Source of the DNA: Candidatus Bathyarchaeota archaeon | Lineage (GTDB): Archaea; Thermoproteota; Bathyarchaeia; Bathyarchaeales; Bathycorpusculaceae | Assembly: GCA_963767735.1 (NCBI GenBank) | Contig: CAVYES010000002.1 | Location: 85,862-149,861, forward strand | Direction of reading: 5' to 3' | DNA length: 64,000 nt | Shown: positions 49,748-58,833 of the stretch, one piece after another | Layout of the letters: every line of letters starts with the position of its first letter | How positions within the stretch are numbered: position 1 is the stretch's first letter | The notes under the pieces: model-generated | Seen by the model: only the letters and a program-made list of their open reading frames with translations | Told to the model about the DNA's origin: nothing | Databases searched by the model: none | Made by a program: the position numbers and the translations under genes

Positions 49748-50422
49748 ATGCGTTTAGTTGTGCGGATAGGCGGCTCTGTAGTCGCGTCACCTGTTAATAC
49801 TGAATTAATGAGCAAATACGCTGACCTGATCAAAACTGTGCGGTCTCAAGGTCACGAGGTTGCCGTCGTGGTTGGGGGCGGAGCATTGGCAAGAGAATTT
49901 ATTCTTATCGCGAAAGATTTGGGGTTGGATATGCAGGCGCAAGATGAAGTTGCCATTTCCGTTTCACGCCTGTATGCTCAACTTTTCCTCAAACGCCTCG
50001 GCGAAGCTGGCTGCAGTAAAGTGGCTATAACTCTTGATGACGCTGCTCAATGCCTAAGTGAAGGGAAGATTGTTGTGATGGGCGGTTTGAAGCCTGGAAT
50101 TACGACGGATGCGGTTGCCGCTTTGGTTGCTGAACGGGTGAACGCGGATTTGCTTGTTAAAGGCACCGATCAAGAGGGTGTTTATGATAAAGATCCAAGG
50201 AAGCATGCGGATGCGGTTAAGTTGGATCGTTTAGGTTTTGATGATTTGCCTAAGATTTTTGAGCATAGCGAGCATAAGGCTGGGATTCATCAGATTATTG
50301 ATCCTGAAGCTGTCAAGGTTTTGAAGCGGAGTCGGTTGAAGTTGATTGTTGTTAACGGTTTTAAGCCAGAGAATATTTTGGCTGCGGTGAAAGGCGAAAA
50401 CGTAGGCACACTGATAAGTTAA
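49748..50422 (+). CDS. pyrH: Uridylate kinase
   Basis: RIGGS, VVGGGALAREF, PGITTDAVAA, GVYDKDP, IDPEA. Confidence 0.94.
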   Translation: MRLVVRIGGSVVASPVNTELMSKYADLIKTVRSQGHEVAVVVGGGALAREFILIAKDLGLDMQAQDEVAISVSRLYAQLFLKRLGEAGCSKVAITLDDAAQCLSEGKIVVMGGLKPGITTDAVAALVAERVNADLLVKGTDQEGVYDKDPRKHADAVKLDRLGFDDLPKIFEHSEHKAGIHQIIDPEAVKVLKRSRLKLIVVNGFKPENILAAVKGENVGTLIS

Positions 50423-50584
50423 ATTCATTTTTTAGTTTTTACCTTAAACACGACGACGGGATGCTGGAGAGTTAAAAAGGCTCGATACTCAGTCAGCGAT
50501 ACTTATCGTATAGACAAAACTTGAAGGATTACCCATAATAATATAGGGTAATGCCTACAATTTGGTAGTAAGTGCGTACTTTCT

Positions 50585-53500
50585 TTGGCGGATAGAAAAG
50601 GAATTATTGTGAGTAAAACTAAAAAAAAGCAAGAAAGCAGAAAAAACGAAGCTCGTAGCAGCCAAGTTAAACCGATTTTTCCGATTGCAGGTTTAGGTGC
50701 TTCTGCTGGCGGCTTGGAGGCTATCAAGAAACTTCTTGAAAGTTTACCTCAGGACACTGGCTTAGCTTTCGTTATTGTTCAGCATCTTGCCACAAACCAA
50801 GAAAGCATGCTGCCTGAAATTCTTGCGCGTTCCACCCAAATGCCCGTTAATAAAATTGAGGATGGAATGGTAATTGAACCTAACCAAGTTTACGTGATTC
50901 CCGCTGGAAAAAACGTTACAGTAGAAAATGGTCATCTAAACCTTGAACCAAAGGGAATTTCTCTAAAGCCCATTGATGAGTTTTTGTGTTCCTTGGCGTT
51001 AGAGCGGAAAACACATGCAATCGGCATTGTACTCTCAGGAACAGGTTCTGACGGAACTGAAGGGTTAAGAGCCGTTAAAGCTGAAGGCGGAATCACCTTC
51101 GTTCAAGATTTAAAATCCGCCCAATACCCTGACATGCCTAAAAGCGCCATAGCCGCGGAAGTCGTGGATTTCGTGCGCTCTCCAGAGCAGATTGCAGAAG
51201 AATTGTGCAGCATCGCTAAGCATCCAGAGATTACTCGCCAAAAAATTAATTTGGAAGAGCCTAAACCTCAAGAAGCTGAAAATAATCTGCAGACAATATT
51301 TACTTTGCTTCAAAGTTCATTCGGCGTCAATTTTGCCAACTACAAAAAAACAACAATCGACCGACGAATTAGCCGTCGAATGATCTTAAACAAAATTGAA
51401 AACGTAAACAAATATGTTGCATATTTGCGGGGGCACCGCGAAGAGCAACAAGCATTGTTTAACGACATGCTGATAAGTGTAACCGACTTCTTCAGAGAAC
51501 CAAACACGTTCTTGGCTCTGAAAGAAAAAGTCTTCCCAGACCTCGTTGAGAAAAAACAGTCCAATCAAACTATAAGGGTGTGGATTCCAGGCTGTTCAAC
51601 CGGCGAAGAAGTCTACTCAATAGCCATGGCACTTACAGAGTTCCTGGAAGAAAAAGGCTTGGCGTTTCCAATCTTAATTTTCGGAACCGACGTTAATGCA
51701 AAAAATATTGAGAAGGCCCGTCGAGGCATCTATCTTAAGTCCATTGAGAACGTTATCTCCCAAGATCGGTTGAAACGCTTCTTCACCGACTCAAACGGAA
51801 ACTATCAGGTTGCCAAGCGGATTCGTGACAAATGCGTTTTCGCGAAACATGATATCATGCAAGACCCCCCTTTCTCTAACATGGACCTAATTGTCTGCCG
51901 CAATTTACTCATTTACCTTGAGCCTTCACCGCAAGAAAGAGTAATGGCTACCCTTAATTACGCGTTAAAACCTGAAGGGTATCTTGTTTTGGGCGAATCT
52001 GAAAGCGTCGGCAAATTTACGAGCTTGTTTGAACCGTTAACAAAGAGAGGCGTAATTTTTAAGAAGAAAGGCGGTCAACCTAAAGCCGAATTGCCTATGC
52101 AAGCGCCCAATCCCTTTTCTAAGGAAATGGGCGCCTTGAACTTGCCTAAAAAGGCTGATGCCCAAGCGTTGTTGAAAGATGAAGTTGACAAGCTACTATT
52201 AACACAGTTTGCCCCTGCAACATTATTAGTTAACGACAATTCGGATATCCTTGCTGTACGCGGGCAAGTTAATCCTTACGTTTCAATAGAGCCCGGAACC
52301 CCAAGTTTCAACGTGGGCAAAATGGTGCGAAAAGATCTGCGGCCTACTGTTCAAACCGCATTATACAGAGCAAAAAAAGTTGGGAAAGATGTTAAGGAAA
52401 TAGTGCACCTTGAACATGACGGAGGCCAGAAAACAGTTAGCCTTCATGTTAAACCCATAAAATTATCAAATTACGAAGAGCCCTTCTTCCTCATACTGTT
52501 TGAGGAAAAAGAAAAGGCCGCAGTTGAAGTGCAAACAACGAAACCAACGTCTCCAAGGGACGTATTAGTGAAAGCTAAAGATCAACAAATAAGAGAGCTC
52601 AGCGAAGATTTAGAATCCACTAAGCAAACACTGCAAACCGTTATTGAGCAGCAAGAAGCAATAAATGAAGAGTTACGGTCAGCCAATGAAGAAATCCAGT
52701 CAAGCAATGAAGAGTTAATGAGCACAAACGAAGAGTTAGAGACCTCTAAGGAAGAGTTGCAGTCAGCCAATGAAGAATTAACAACGCTAAATGATGAACT
52801 TAAACAGCGAAATGGAATGCTCAAAGAATTGAACGAAGACTTGGCTAACCTGATGAGCAATGTTGACACCGCTGTGGTCATTGTAGGCAGTGATTTTAAG
52901 ATTAAACGTTTTACCGCTTCAGCTCAAGAACTTTTAAGGCTTATCCCAGAGGATGTAGGACATTCAATTTTAGGTATTCGCTTGGGCATTCCAACGGAAG
53001 AGTTGGAAAAGCCACTTTCATCGGTAATTGCCAAGAATGAGGTTGTTAGAGCAGAAATCAACGCTGGAAAAGACCGCTGGTATCAAATGCGTATCAGACC
53101 ATTCATTACTGAAGAGAAGAAAATTGGCGGAGCAGTATTGTCCTTTGTAGATGTCAGCGAAATAAAGACTTTATCGCATCAAGTTAAGGAGCAAGCAGAT
53201 AAGTTAGTTCAATCTGAAATTTTGGCGACAGTTGGTAAAACCGCGGGCATGGTTGGGCATGACATCCGCAACCCGCTGCAAGCTATAACCAGCGATGTCT
53301 ATTTGGCGAAGAACGAATTAGCTTCGATGCCTGAGAGCGATGAGAAAAAGAATGCATTAGAGAGCCTGACAGAGATTGAAGAGAACACTGAGTACATCAA
53401 CAAGATTGTTGCTGACCTCCAAGACTACGCAAGAATCCTAATGCCTCAGTTTACGAAAGTTAACGTTGAAAAAGTATTTCAAGAAGTATTGTCGTCTGTC

Positions 53501-53884
53501 ACTATTCCTAAAGATGTTGCTGTATCTTATTCTATAGCAAATGACTTCCCAATTCTCACTCTAGATGCTTCCTATTTGAAGAGGATAATGACGAATTTAA
53601 TTTCAAATGCTCTTCAAGCTATACCGAAGGAAGGAAAACTTACAGTTGATGCCTTCTGCCAAAATGGTAGTGCAGTGATTAGCGTTGCAGACACTGGTGT
53701 AGGCATTTCTGATGAAGTCAAGGATAAGATTTTCACGCCTTTGTTCACTACTAAGTCTAAAGGGCAAGGTTTCGGTTTACCGGTAATCAAAAGATTAACG
53801 GAATCTATGGGTGGAACCGTAACTTTTGATAGCGAAAAAGGAAAAGGCGCAAAGTTCACCATCAAATTCCCCATTTCCCAATAA
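50585..53884 (+). CDS. CheB methylesterase-CheR methyltransferase-coiled coil-PAS-histidine kinase fusion
   Basis: GASAGG / VQH / GSDG (CheB triad); WIPGCSTGEE, GTDVN, CRNLLIY (CheR); EELQSANEEL repeats; GHDIRNPL, N-box NLISNA, DTGVG, GFGL. Confidence 0.93.
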   Translation: MADRKGIIVSKTKKKQESRKNEARSSQVKPIFPIAGLGASAGGLEAIKKLLESLPQDTGLAFVIVQHLATNQESMLPEILARSTQMPVNKIEDGMVIEPNQVYVIPAGKNVTVENGHLNLEPKGISLKPIDEFLCSLALERKTHAIGIVLSGTGSDGTEGLRAVKAEGGITFVQDLKSAQYPDMPKSAIAAEVVDFVRSPEQIAEELCSIAKHPEITRQKINLEEPKPQEAENNLQTIFTLLQSSFGVNFANYKKTTIDRRISRRMILNKIENVNKYVAYLRGHREEQQALFNDMLISVTDFFREPNTFLALKEKVFPDLVEKKQSNQTIRVWIPGCSTGEEVYSIAMALTEFLEEKGLAFPILIFGTDVNAKNIEKARRGIYLKSIENVISQDRLKRFFTDSNGNYQVAKRIRDKCVFAKHDIMQDPPFSNMDLIVCRNLLIYLEPSPQERVMATLNYALKPEGYLVLGESESVGKFTSLFEPLTKRGVIFKKKGGQPKAELPMQAPNPFSKEMGALNLPKKADAQALLKDEVDKLLLTQFAPATLLVNDNSDILAVRGQVNPYVSIEPGTPSFNVGKMVRKDLRPTVQTALYRAKKVGKDVKEIVHLEHDGGQKTVSLHVKPIKLSNYEEPFFLILFEEKEKAAVEVQTTKPTSPRDVLVKAKDQQIRELSEDLESTKQTLQTVIEQQEAINEELRSANEEIQSSNEELMSTNEELETSKEELQSANEELTTLNDELKQRNGMLKELNEDLANLMSNVDTAVVIVGSDFKIKRFTASAQELLRLIPEDVGHSILGIRLGIPTEELEKPLSSVIAKNEVVRAEINAGKDRWYQMRIRPFITEEKKIGGAVLSFVDVSEIKTLSHQVKEQADKLVQSEILATVGKTAGMVGHDIRNPLQAITSDVYLAKNELASMPESDEKKNALESLTEIEENTEYINKIVADLQDYARILMPQFTKVNVEKVFQEVLSSVTIPKDVAVSYSIANDFPILTLDASYLKRIMTNLISNALQAIPKEGKLTVDAFCQNGSAVISVADTGVGISDEVKDKIFTPLFTTKSKGQGFGLPVIKRLTESMGGTVTFDSEKGKGAKFTIKFPISQ

Positions 53885-54072
53885 ACCGCTTCAGCGTACC
53901 TAAATTTTTTGACAACAAAACGTAATTCAGGACATCACATCAACATAAACAACTCATGTCCCCGCGCAAGACCGAACCAAGCAAGAGACTGCTCAGAATT
54001 CCAAGCGTTCTTGATTGGAGATGTAGTTAACAAATAAATACATGCAAAACTTAACGAACGAAGGCACATGGA

Positions 54073-54771
54073 GTGAAAAGCTTGCCAACATTGGTTGAAG
54101 CGGTAAACCTTGCGAAAACTTACATGCTTGGAAAAGTCCCCGTGGAAGCACTCCGAGGAGTTAACCTCAAAGTTGAAGCTGGAGACTTCGTTTCCATTCT
54201 TGGGCCATCCGGAAGCGGCAAATCAACGATGCTGAACCTAATCGGCGCGTTAGACAAGCCAACCTCAGGCAAGCTTTTAATTGACGGCGTTGACATCTCA
54301 AAACTCAACGATAACCAACTGGCTGATTTGCGCAGGCGGATCGGTTTTGTTTTCCAATTTTTCAATTTAATTCCACGATTAACCGCGAAAGACAACGTTG
54401 AATTGTCAATGGCTATTGCCGATATGAATAAGGCAGAGCGAAGAAAAAGAGCGGTGGAGCTTCTTGAAACTGTAGGCTTGAAAGAACGCGTAAACCATAA
54501 GCCTGCTGAACTGAGCGGTGGACAGCAGCAACGCGTCGCGATTGCACGCGCTTTGGCAAACAAACCTAGATTTCTTTTGCTGGATGAACCGACTGGAAAC
54601 ATTGACTCCAAAACGGCAAGCGAGGTTCTGGTTTTAATCAAGAAGTTGAATGTTGAAAGTAACGTCAGCATCATTATGGTTACTCATGATCAGCATTTAG
54701 CTCGTGAAGCGAAAAGAACTGTACAGATGTTTGATGGTCAAATAACATCCGAAGTGGCGAACCAACCATGA
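54073..54771 (+). CDS. ABC transporter ATP-binding protein (LolD/MacB type)
   Basis: GPSGSGKST, LSGGQQQRVAIARAL, LLDEPTG, VTHD. Confidence 0.95.
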   Translation: MKSLPTLVEAVNLAKTYMLGKVPVEALRGVNLKVEAGDFVSILGPSGSGKSTMLNLIGALDKPTSGKLLIDGVDISKLNDNQLADLRRRIGFVFQFFNLIPRLTAKDNVELSMAIADMNKAERRKRAVELLETVGLKERVNHKPAELSGGQQQRVAIARALANKPRFLLLDEPTGNIDSKTASEVLVLIKKLNVESNVSIIMVTHDQHLAREAKRTVQMFDGQITSEVANQP

Positions 54772-56099
54772 GAACAGTGGATATTTTCGGTTACTCTTTC
54801 AGCTCAATTAAACTCCGCAAGCTCAGAGCAGCATTGACCATTTTGGGCGTAGTCATAGGCATCGCCGCCATAGTAGCGTTGCTCTCCATCACCCAGGGTT
54901 TGCAGTCAACTATAACTACCCAACTTCAGAAAGGACTGTCAACCAACACGTTAATTGTCACTCCAGGACAAAATGCTTTATCGCAAGCCACCAGCACCGG
55001 AAGCGGTAAAGGCCTTGGCAGCCGTGGGGCAGGCGGAGGCGGCTTAGGTTTAGGCGGTTCAGGCGCAAGCAGTTCTGGCTTCAACCTGTACGTCAATTAT
55101 ACTCAAGTTATCGACGGTTTGTCGCCTGAGATAGCGGGCTCGTTTGCCGTGATAGAACGGGCGGGTTACGTTGACGCTGGCGGGGTCAATTCTTCAGTTA
55201 CTATTTACGGTGTTGATTTTGCCCAGTACGCTCAGCAGTACAGTAAAACTTTTGTGGCTGCGTCAGGAACCATCCCGTTGAACCCCTCCGACAACGAGAC
55301 AGTTGTTGGAACACTCGTAAATAATCCTGGACAAAACGGCACACTCCTCTTCAGCGCAGGCAACGACATTGGCATCGTATGGACTAACGGTACAACGCTT
55401 CCAGTCGTAAACGAAACTTACACGGCGCAGGTTTCAGCAGTGCTTCAAAGAATCGGCGGCTTCGGCCTTGGCGGACCTTCAGATTCAGGCGTTTATATTC
55501 CGCTAAGTCAGGCTGAGAGCTTTTTTGGAACTGACCAATGTAACATGATAATTGTTCAGCTGAAAAGCAGCGATAACGCGACGATTACAGATGTTTCTAA
55601 GGCTATTACCAATTATTTTGGCGGTCAAGTATCCGTTATTTCGTCAACGGCGGTTTTAAGTTTGCTCTCAACCGTATTCGGAACCATACAATTGTTCCTA
55701 GGCGGCATAGCTGCTATCTCCCTGTTAGTGGCAGGCATCGCGATAATGAACATAATGATAGTGTCGTTGATTGAGCGCACACGTGAAATTGGCATACTGA
55801 AAGCGTTAGGGATGAAAAGCCGAACCGTACTAACCATCTTCCTAGGCGAATCAGTTATAATCGGGGTAATCGGCGCATTAGTCGGCATAGCATTAGGCTG
55901 GATATTAGCGAACATTGTTGCGAAGCTTTTAGCTTCAGGAACCTTCGGCGGAAACGGATTCGTGGTGACACCGCTTTTGACTCCGGAAGTGTTTGTGGGC
56001 GCTTTAGGTTTCGGTATAGGAGTCAGCGTAATCTTCGCGCTGTACCCGGCGTGGCGTGCCTCTAAGCTCAAACCCGTAGAAGCTTTAAGATACGAATAG
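54768..56099 (+). CDS. ABC transporter permease (MacB/FtsX type)
   Basis: RAALTILGVVIGIA, ERTREIGILKALG, PAWRASKLKPVEALRYE. Confidence 0.94.
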   Translation: MRTVDIFGYSFSSIKLRKLRAALTILGVVIGIAAIVALLSITQGLQSTITTQLQKGLSTNTLIVTPGQNALSQATSTGSGKGLGSRGAGGGGLGLGGSGASSSGFNLYVNYTQVIDGLSPEIAGSFAVIERAGYVDAGGVNSSVTIYGVDFAQYAQQYSKTFVAASGTIPLNPSDNETVVGTLVNNPGQNGTLLFSAGNDIGIVWTNGTTLPVVNETYTAQVSAVLQRIGGFGLGGPSDSGVYIPLSQAESFFGTDQCNMIIVQLKSSDNATITDVSKAITNYFGGQVSVISSTAVLSLLSTVFGTIQLFLGGIAAISLLVAGIAIMNIMIVSLIERTREIGILKALGMKSRTVLTIFLGESVIIGVIGALVGIALGWILANIVAKLLASGTFGGNGFVVTPLLTPEVFVGALGFGIGVSVIFALYPAWRASKLKPVEALRYE

Positions 56100-56124
56100 C
56101 ACATACAACTAACGAGGAGTTCCC

Positions 56125-56574
56125 ATGAAGCGGTTATACCCTGATCAGCCAGTTGTAGGCGTTGGCGCAGTAATAGTCGATAACGGCAAGATTGGGCTTA
56201 TAAAACGAGGCAACGAACCCAGCAGAGGAAAATGGACAATTCCAGGCGGCTTAGTTGAGCTTGCTGAAAGCCCCGAGCAGGCGGTTGTCCGAGAAGCCAA
56301 AGAGGAAACTGGTCTCGACGTTGAAAACCCAGTTTTAGTTGACGTGGTCAGCAATGTTGATTTGGATGAAAACGGCAAAGTCAAATACCATTATGTCATC
56401 ATCGAATATTTTGTGCATGTAAAAGCAGGAACAGCTCAAGCTTTAAGCGACGCCGCGGAGCTACGTTGGGTTCCCTTCAGAGAAGTCGAAGATTACGATT
56501 TAACAAGGTCATTTAGACTTTTCTTCACCAACAATAGGGAAAAACTAGAAAAAGCAAACTCGTATAAACCTTAA
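56125..56574 (+). CDS. NUDIX hydrolase
   Basis: Nudix box GGLVELAESPEQAVVREAKEETG. Confidence 0.93.
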   Translation: MKRLYPDQPVVGVGAVIVDNGKIGLIKRGNEPSRGKWTIPGGLVELAESPEQAVVREAKEETGLDVENPVLVDVVSNVDLDENGKVKYHYVIIEYFVHVKAGTAQALSDAAELRWVPFREVEDYDLTRSFRLFFTNNREKLEKANSYKP

Positions 56575-56695
56575 ATGGCATGAAGAGCCGCAAGTTTACT
56601 GCACAATCAACTTAAGACTTAAATTAGAAATCATTGATTAGTAGCCTAATTTTCAGGATACGTTCTTAAATAACTAGTAGAGAATAAAATATTGG

Positions 56696-57295
56696 TTGAA
56701 TGAGGGAAAAATATTGACCGCAGACTATCTTTTCATAGTTAGGCATGGAGAAACCGAAGCTAACGAAAAAGGAATAGAGGCAGGCCCATTGGATTACCCC
56801 TTGACTAAGAGGGGCGTGAGAGGAGCGTTGTTCATCGCCAAGACCCTCTCGAAAGTAAAGATAAATGCCGTTTACAGCAGTCCAGTGTTTCGCGCCCACG
56901 AAACTGCAAAAATTCTGGCGCGCCCTCATAAGGTGAAGGTGAAAACTCTTGAGGAACTGACTGAAGCAAAAATCAAACCCGAATTCGTAGGCAAAAAGGG
57001 CCGACATCACATACTAACCACCCCTGAAGCCTTCACAGAGACAAACAATGATCTTCTAGAACGAACAAGTAAAGCCATCGAAATCATCAAAAAAGAAGCT
57101 GAAGGAAACGTGATTATGGTTTCCCACGGCGACGTGATAACCGCTTTGCTTGAAGGTGTGGTCGAAAGAAAAGTCAGCACCGAGAAATACTACGTTCTCG
57201 ACCCTTATCCCGCCGCACTAAGCATAGTTGAAATCAAAAATAGACCGCAACTTATCCTATACAATTATCATCGTAAGATGTTCGCCGACTTCTAA
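56696..57295 (+). CDS. Histidine phosphatase (phosphoglycerate mutase) family protein
   Basis: VRHGET, SSPVFRAHET, VSHG. Confidence 0.9.
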   Translation: MNEGKILTADYLFIVRHGETEANEKGIEAGPLDYPLTKRGVRGALFIAKTLSKVKINAVYSSPVFRAHETAKILARPHKVKVKTLEELTEAKIKPEFVGKKGRHHILTTPEAFTETNNDLLERTSKAIEIIKKEAEGNVIMVSHGDVITALLEGVVERKVSTEKYYVLDPYPAALSIVEIKNRPQLILYNYHRKMFADF

Positions 57296-57334
57296 TTCTC
57301 GACTCTGATAGGTTTGCTGTAAAAAACAGTTAAA

Positions 57335-58720
57335 ATGGAGCAAACAACTTTAGTGAACATGGCTCAAGAAGTTCCTGACGATTTAAAGGATTTAATCGTG
57401 CGTTTTGTACGAATTTATAGCGGCGTCACTGATTTAGCGCTTGATCATTACCTGAATCCTAAACCGTGGTTTATGCCGCTGAACAGTATCTTGGCGAAAA
57501 GAGAAGCTGCCCACTATTTTTTGCTTGCCGCATCGCTTAGCGACAATAGGCTTACAGGAAACCCAAGAAACATCCGAATCCTGCTCTACCATCTTTACAG
57601 CAGACTCGGAGGCAAACTATACACCACAAAAATCCCAGTGGAATTCACAGGTGAAATTCGGAAATTTGAGCAGGACATAAAAAAGCTAGATCAACTGGGA
57701 GAAGCAAAGGATGAGATTCCAGAAATATTATCCTCAGTCAACCGATTCATAGAACAGAGAGCTCATGGCGACTTAATTGAATATACAACTATGCTGAGTC
57801 AAAAAGGAAACAAGCCCAAAGACTTTGTTGAGGAACTAATGTATAAGGTAAAAAGAATGAATAAACACCATAAAGCAAAGTCTTGGCTGTATCTTCGTTG
57901 GATGACTCGAGGTCCACCTGACTTAGGGCTTTTCCCGTATAACCCTAAAGATTTGATGGTGCCACTTAGCACGCCTAAATTCAGAGTTTACGCTTCTTTG
58001 GGTCTTAGTGATAACGAGAATTTACCTTTCCAATTAAACGCCAAAAATAAACCGGAAAGCTGGTGGAACGGCACTGCAGAATTTGATGATGACGCAAACA
58101 GGTTAACTAGTTTTGCCCGCTCTCTTTTTCCCGATGATCCAGCCAAAGTAGATTTTCCCTTCTTTATCTTAGGTACCTGGCTCGAAAATTCTGACTTAAC
58201 ACCTGTTTCTTTAGAGAGGTCTCTGCGTTTTTTCATTCAGAAATATCAGGAATTGCTTCAGCCACTTATGCGATACTTAACTGTCGTTTCTCACTACAAT
58301 AAAGCGGGCGAAGAATTTGAGCTTGGAGTGTTTACCGGGTTAGAAAAAAATGTTTATGATTTTTTAAAGAACAAACAAGTGACGTTTAACTACGAGTTTA
58401 TGGAATTTCGCTTATCAAAAGAAAACCCAACAACAGACCGATCTCTAACCTACAAACCAGACTTTCTATTGCCGCAACTTACAGATAAAGGCAGAAAGAT
58501 TTTGCTTGAACCCCACGGAGTCAAAAACAACCTCAAAGGATTCCTATACAAGCTCTCAACATTCCGAAAACTCTACGGCGACTACTTCTGCCTCATCCTA
58601 GTTGTTCCAGACGATTTCATTGAGGCAATCGATAAGCTTGATCCGAAGCATTTGGCGTATGACTATATTTGGAAACAAAGCGAATACAAACGCAAATATG
58701 AAAAACTTCAAAATTCATAA
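57335..58720 (+). CDS. DUF2400 (TIGR02757)/HhH-like domain fused to a C-terminal PD-(D/E)xK-type nuclease domain
   Basis: WLYLRWMTR.PPDLGL...LMVPL.T..RV...LGL and DPAKVDFPFFILG resemble DUF2400; EKNVYDFL...NYE...YKPDFLL...LLEPHG resembles restriction-endonuclease-like nucleases. Confidence 0.7.
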   Translation: MEQTTLVNMAQEVPDDLKDLIVRFVRIYSGVTDLALDHYLNPKPWFMPLNSILAKREAAHYFLLAASLSDNRLTGNPRNIRILLYHLYSRLGGKLYTTKIPVEFTGEIRKFEQDIKKLDQLGEAKDEIPEILSSVNRFIEQRAHGDLIEYTTMLSQKGNKPKDFVEELMYKVKRMNKHHKAKSWLYLRWMTRGPPDLGLFPYNPKDLMVPLSTPKFRVYASLGLSDNENLPFQLNAKNKPESWWNGTAEFDDDANRLTSFARSLFPDDPAKVDFPFFILGTWLENSDLTPVSLERSLRFFIQKYQELLQPLMRYLTVVSHYNKAGEEFELGVFTGLEKNVYDFLKNKQVTFNYEFMEFRLSKENPTTDRSLTYKPDFLLPQLTDKGRKILLEPHGVKNNLKGFLYKLSTFRKLYGDYFCLILVVPDDFIEAIDKLDPKHLAYDYIWKQSEYKRKYEKLQNS

Positions 58721-58833
58721 AGATTTGCATTCTGCCGCGTGCTGAAAATTTTGTCTCCCACCTGCTGCACAATAACTGTGAAAAAGACCACAGTGTGCAA
58801 AGCCAAAGTGCCCAATGCATCTGTCCGCCTAAT

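Noticed and set aside
52640-52830. Periodic GAAGA(G/A)TT.. nucleotide repeats suggestive of an array
   Set aside because: Simply encodes the EEL..(A)NEE heptads of the CheBR coiled coil; not CRISPR.
58766-58799. Imperfect hairpin TGCAC..ACTGTG/CACAGT.GTGCA between the nuclease fusion and herA
   Set aside because: Short and bulged, single occurrence; could be a terminator but is not distinguishable from chance.
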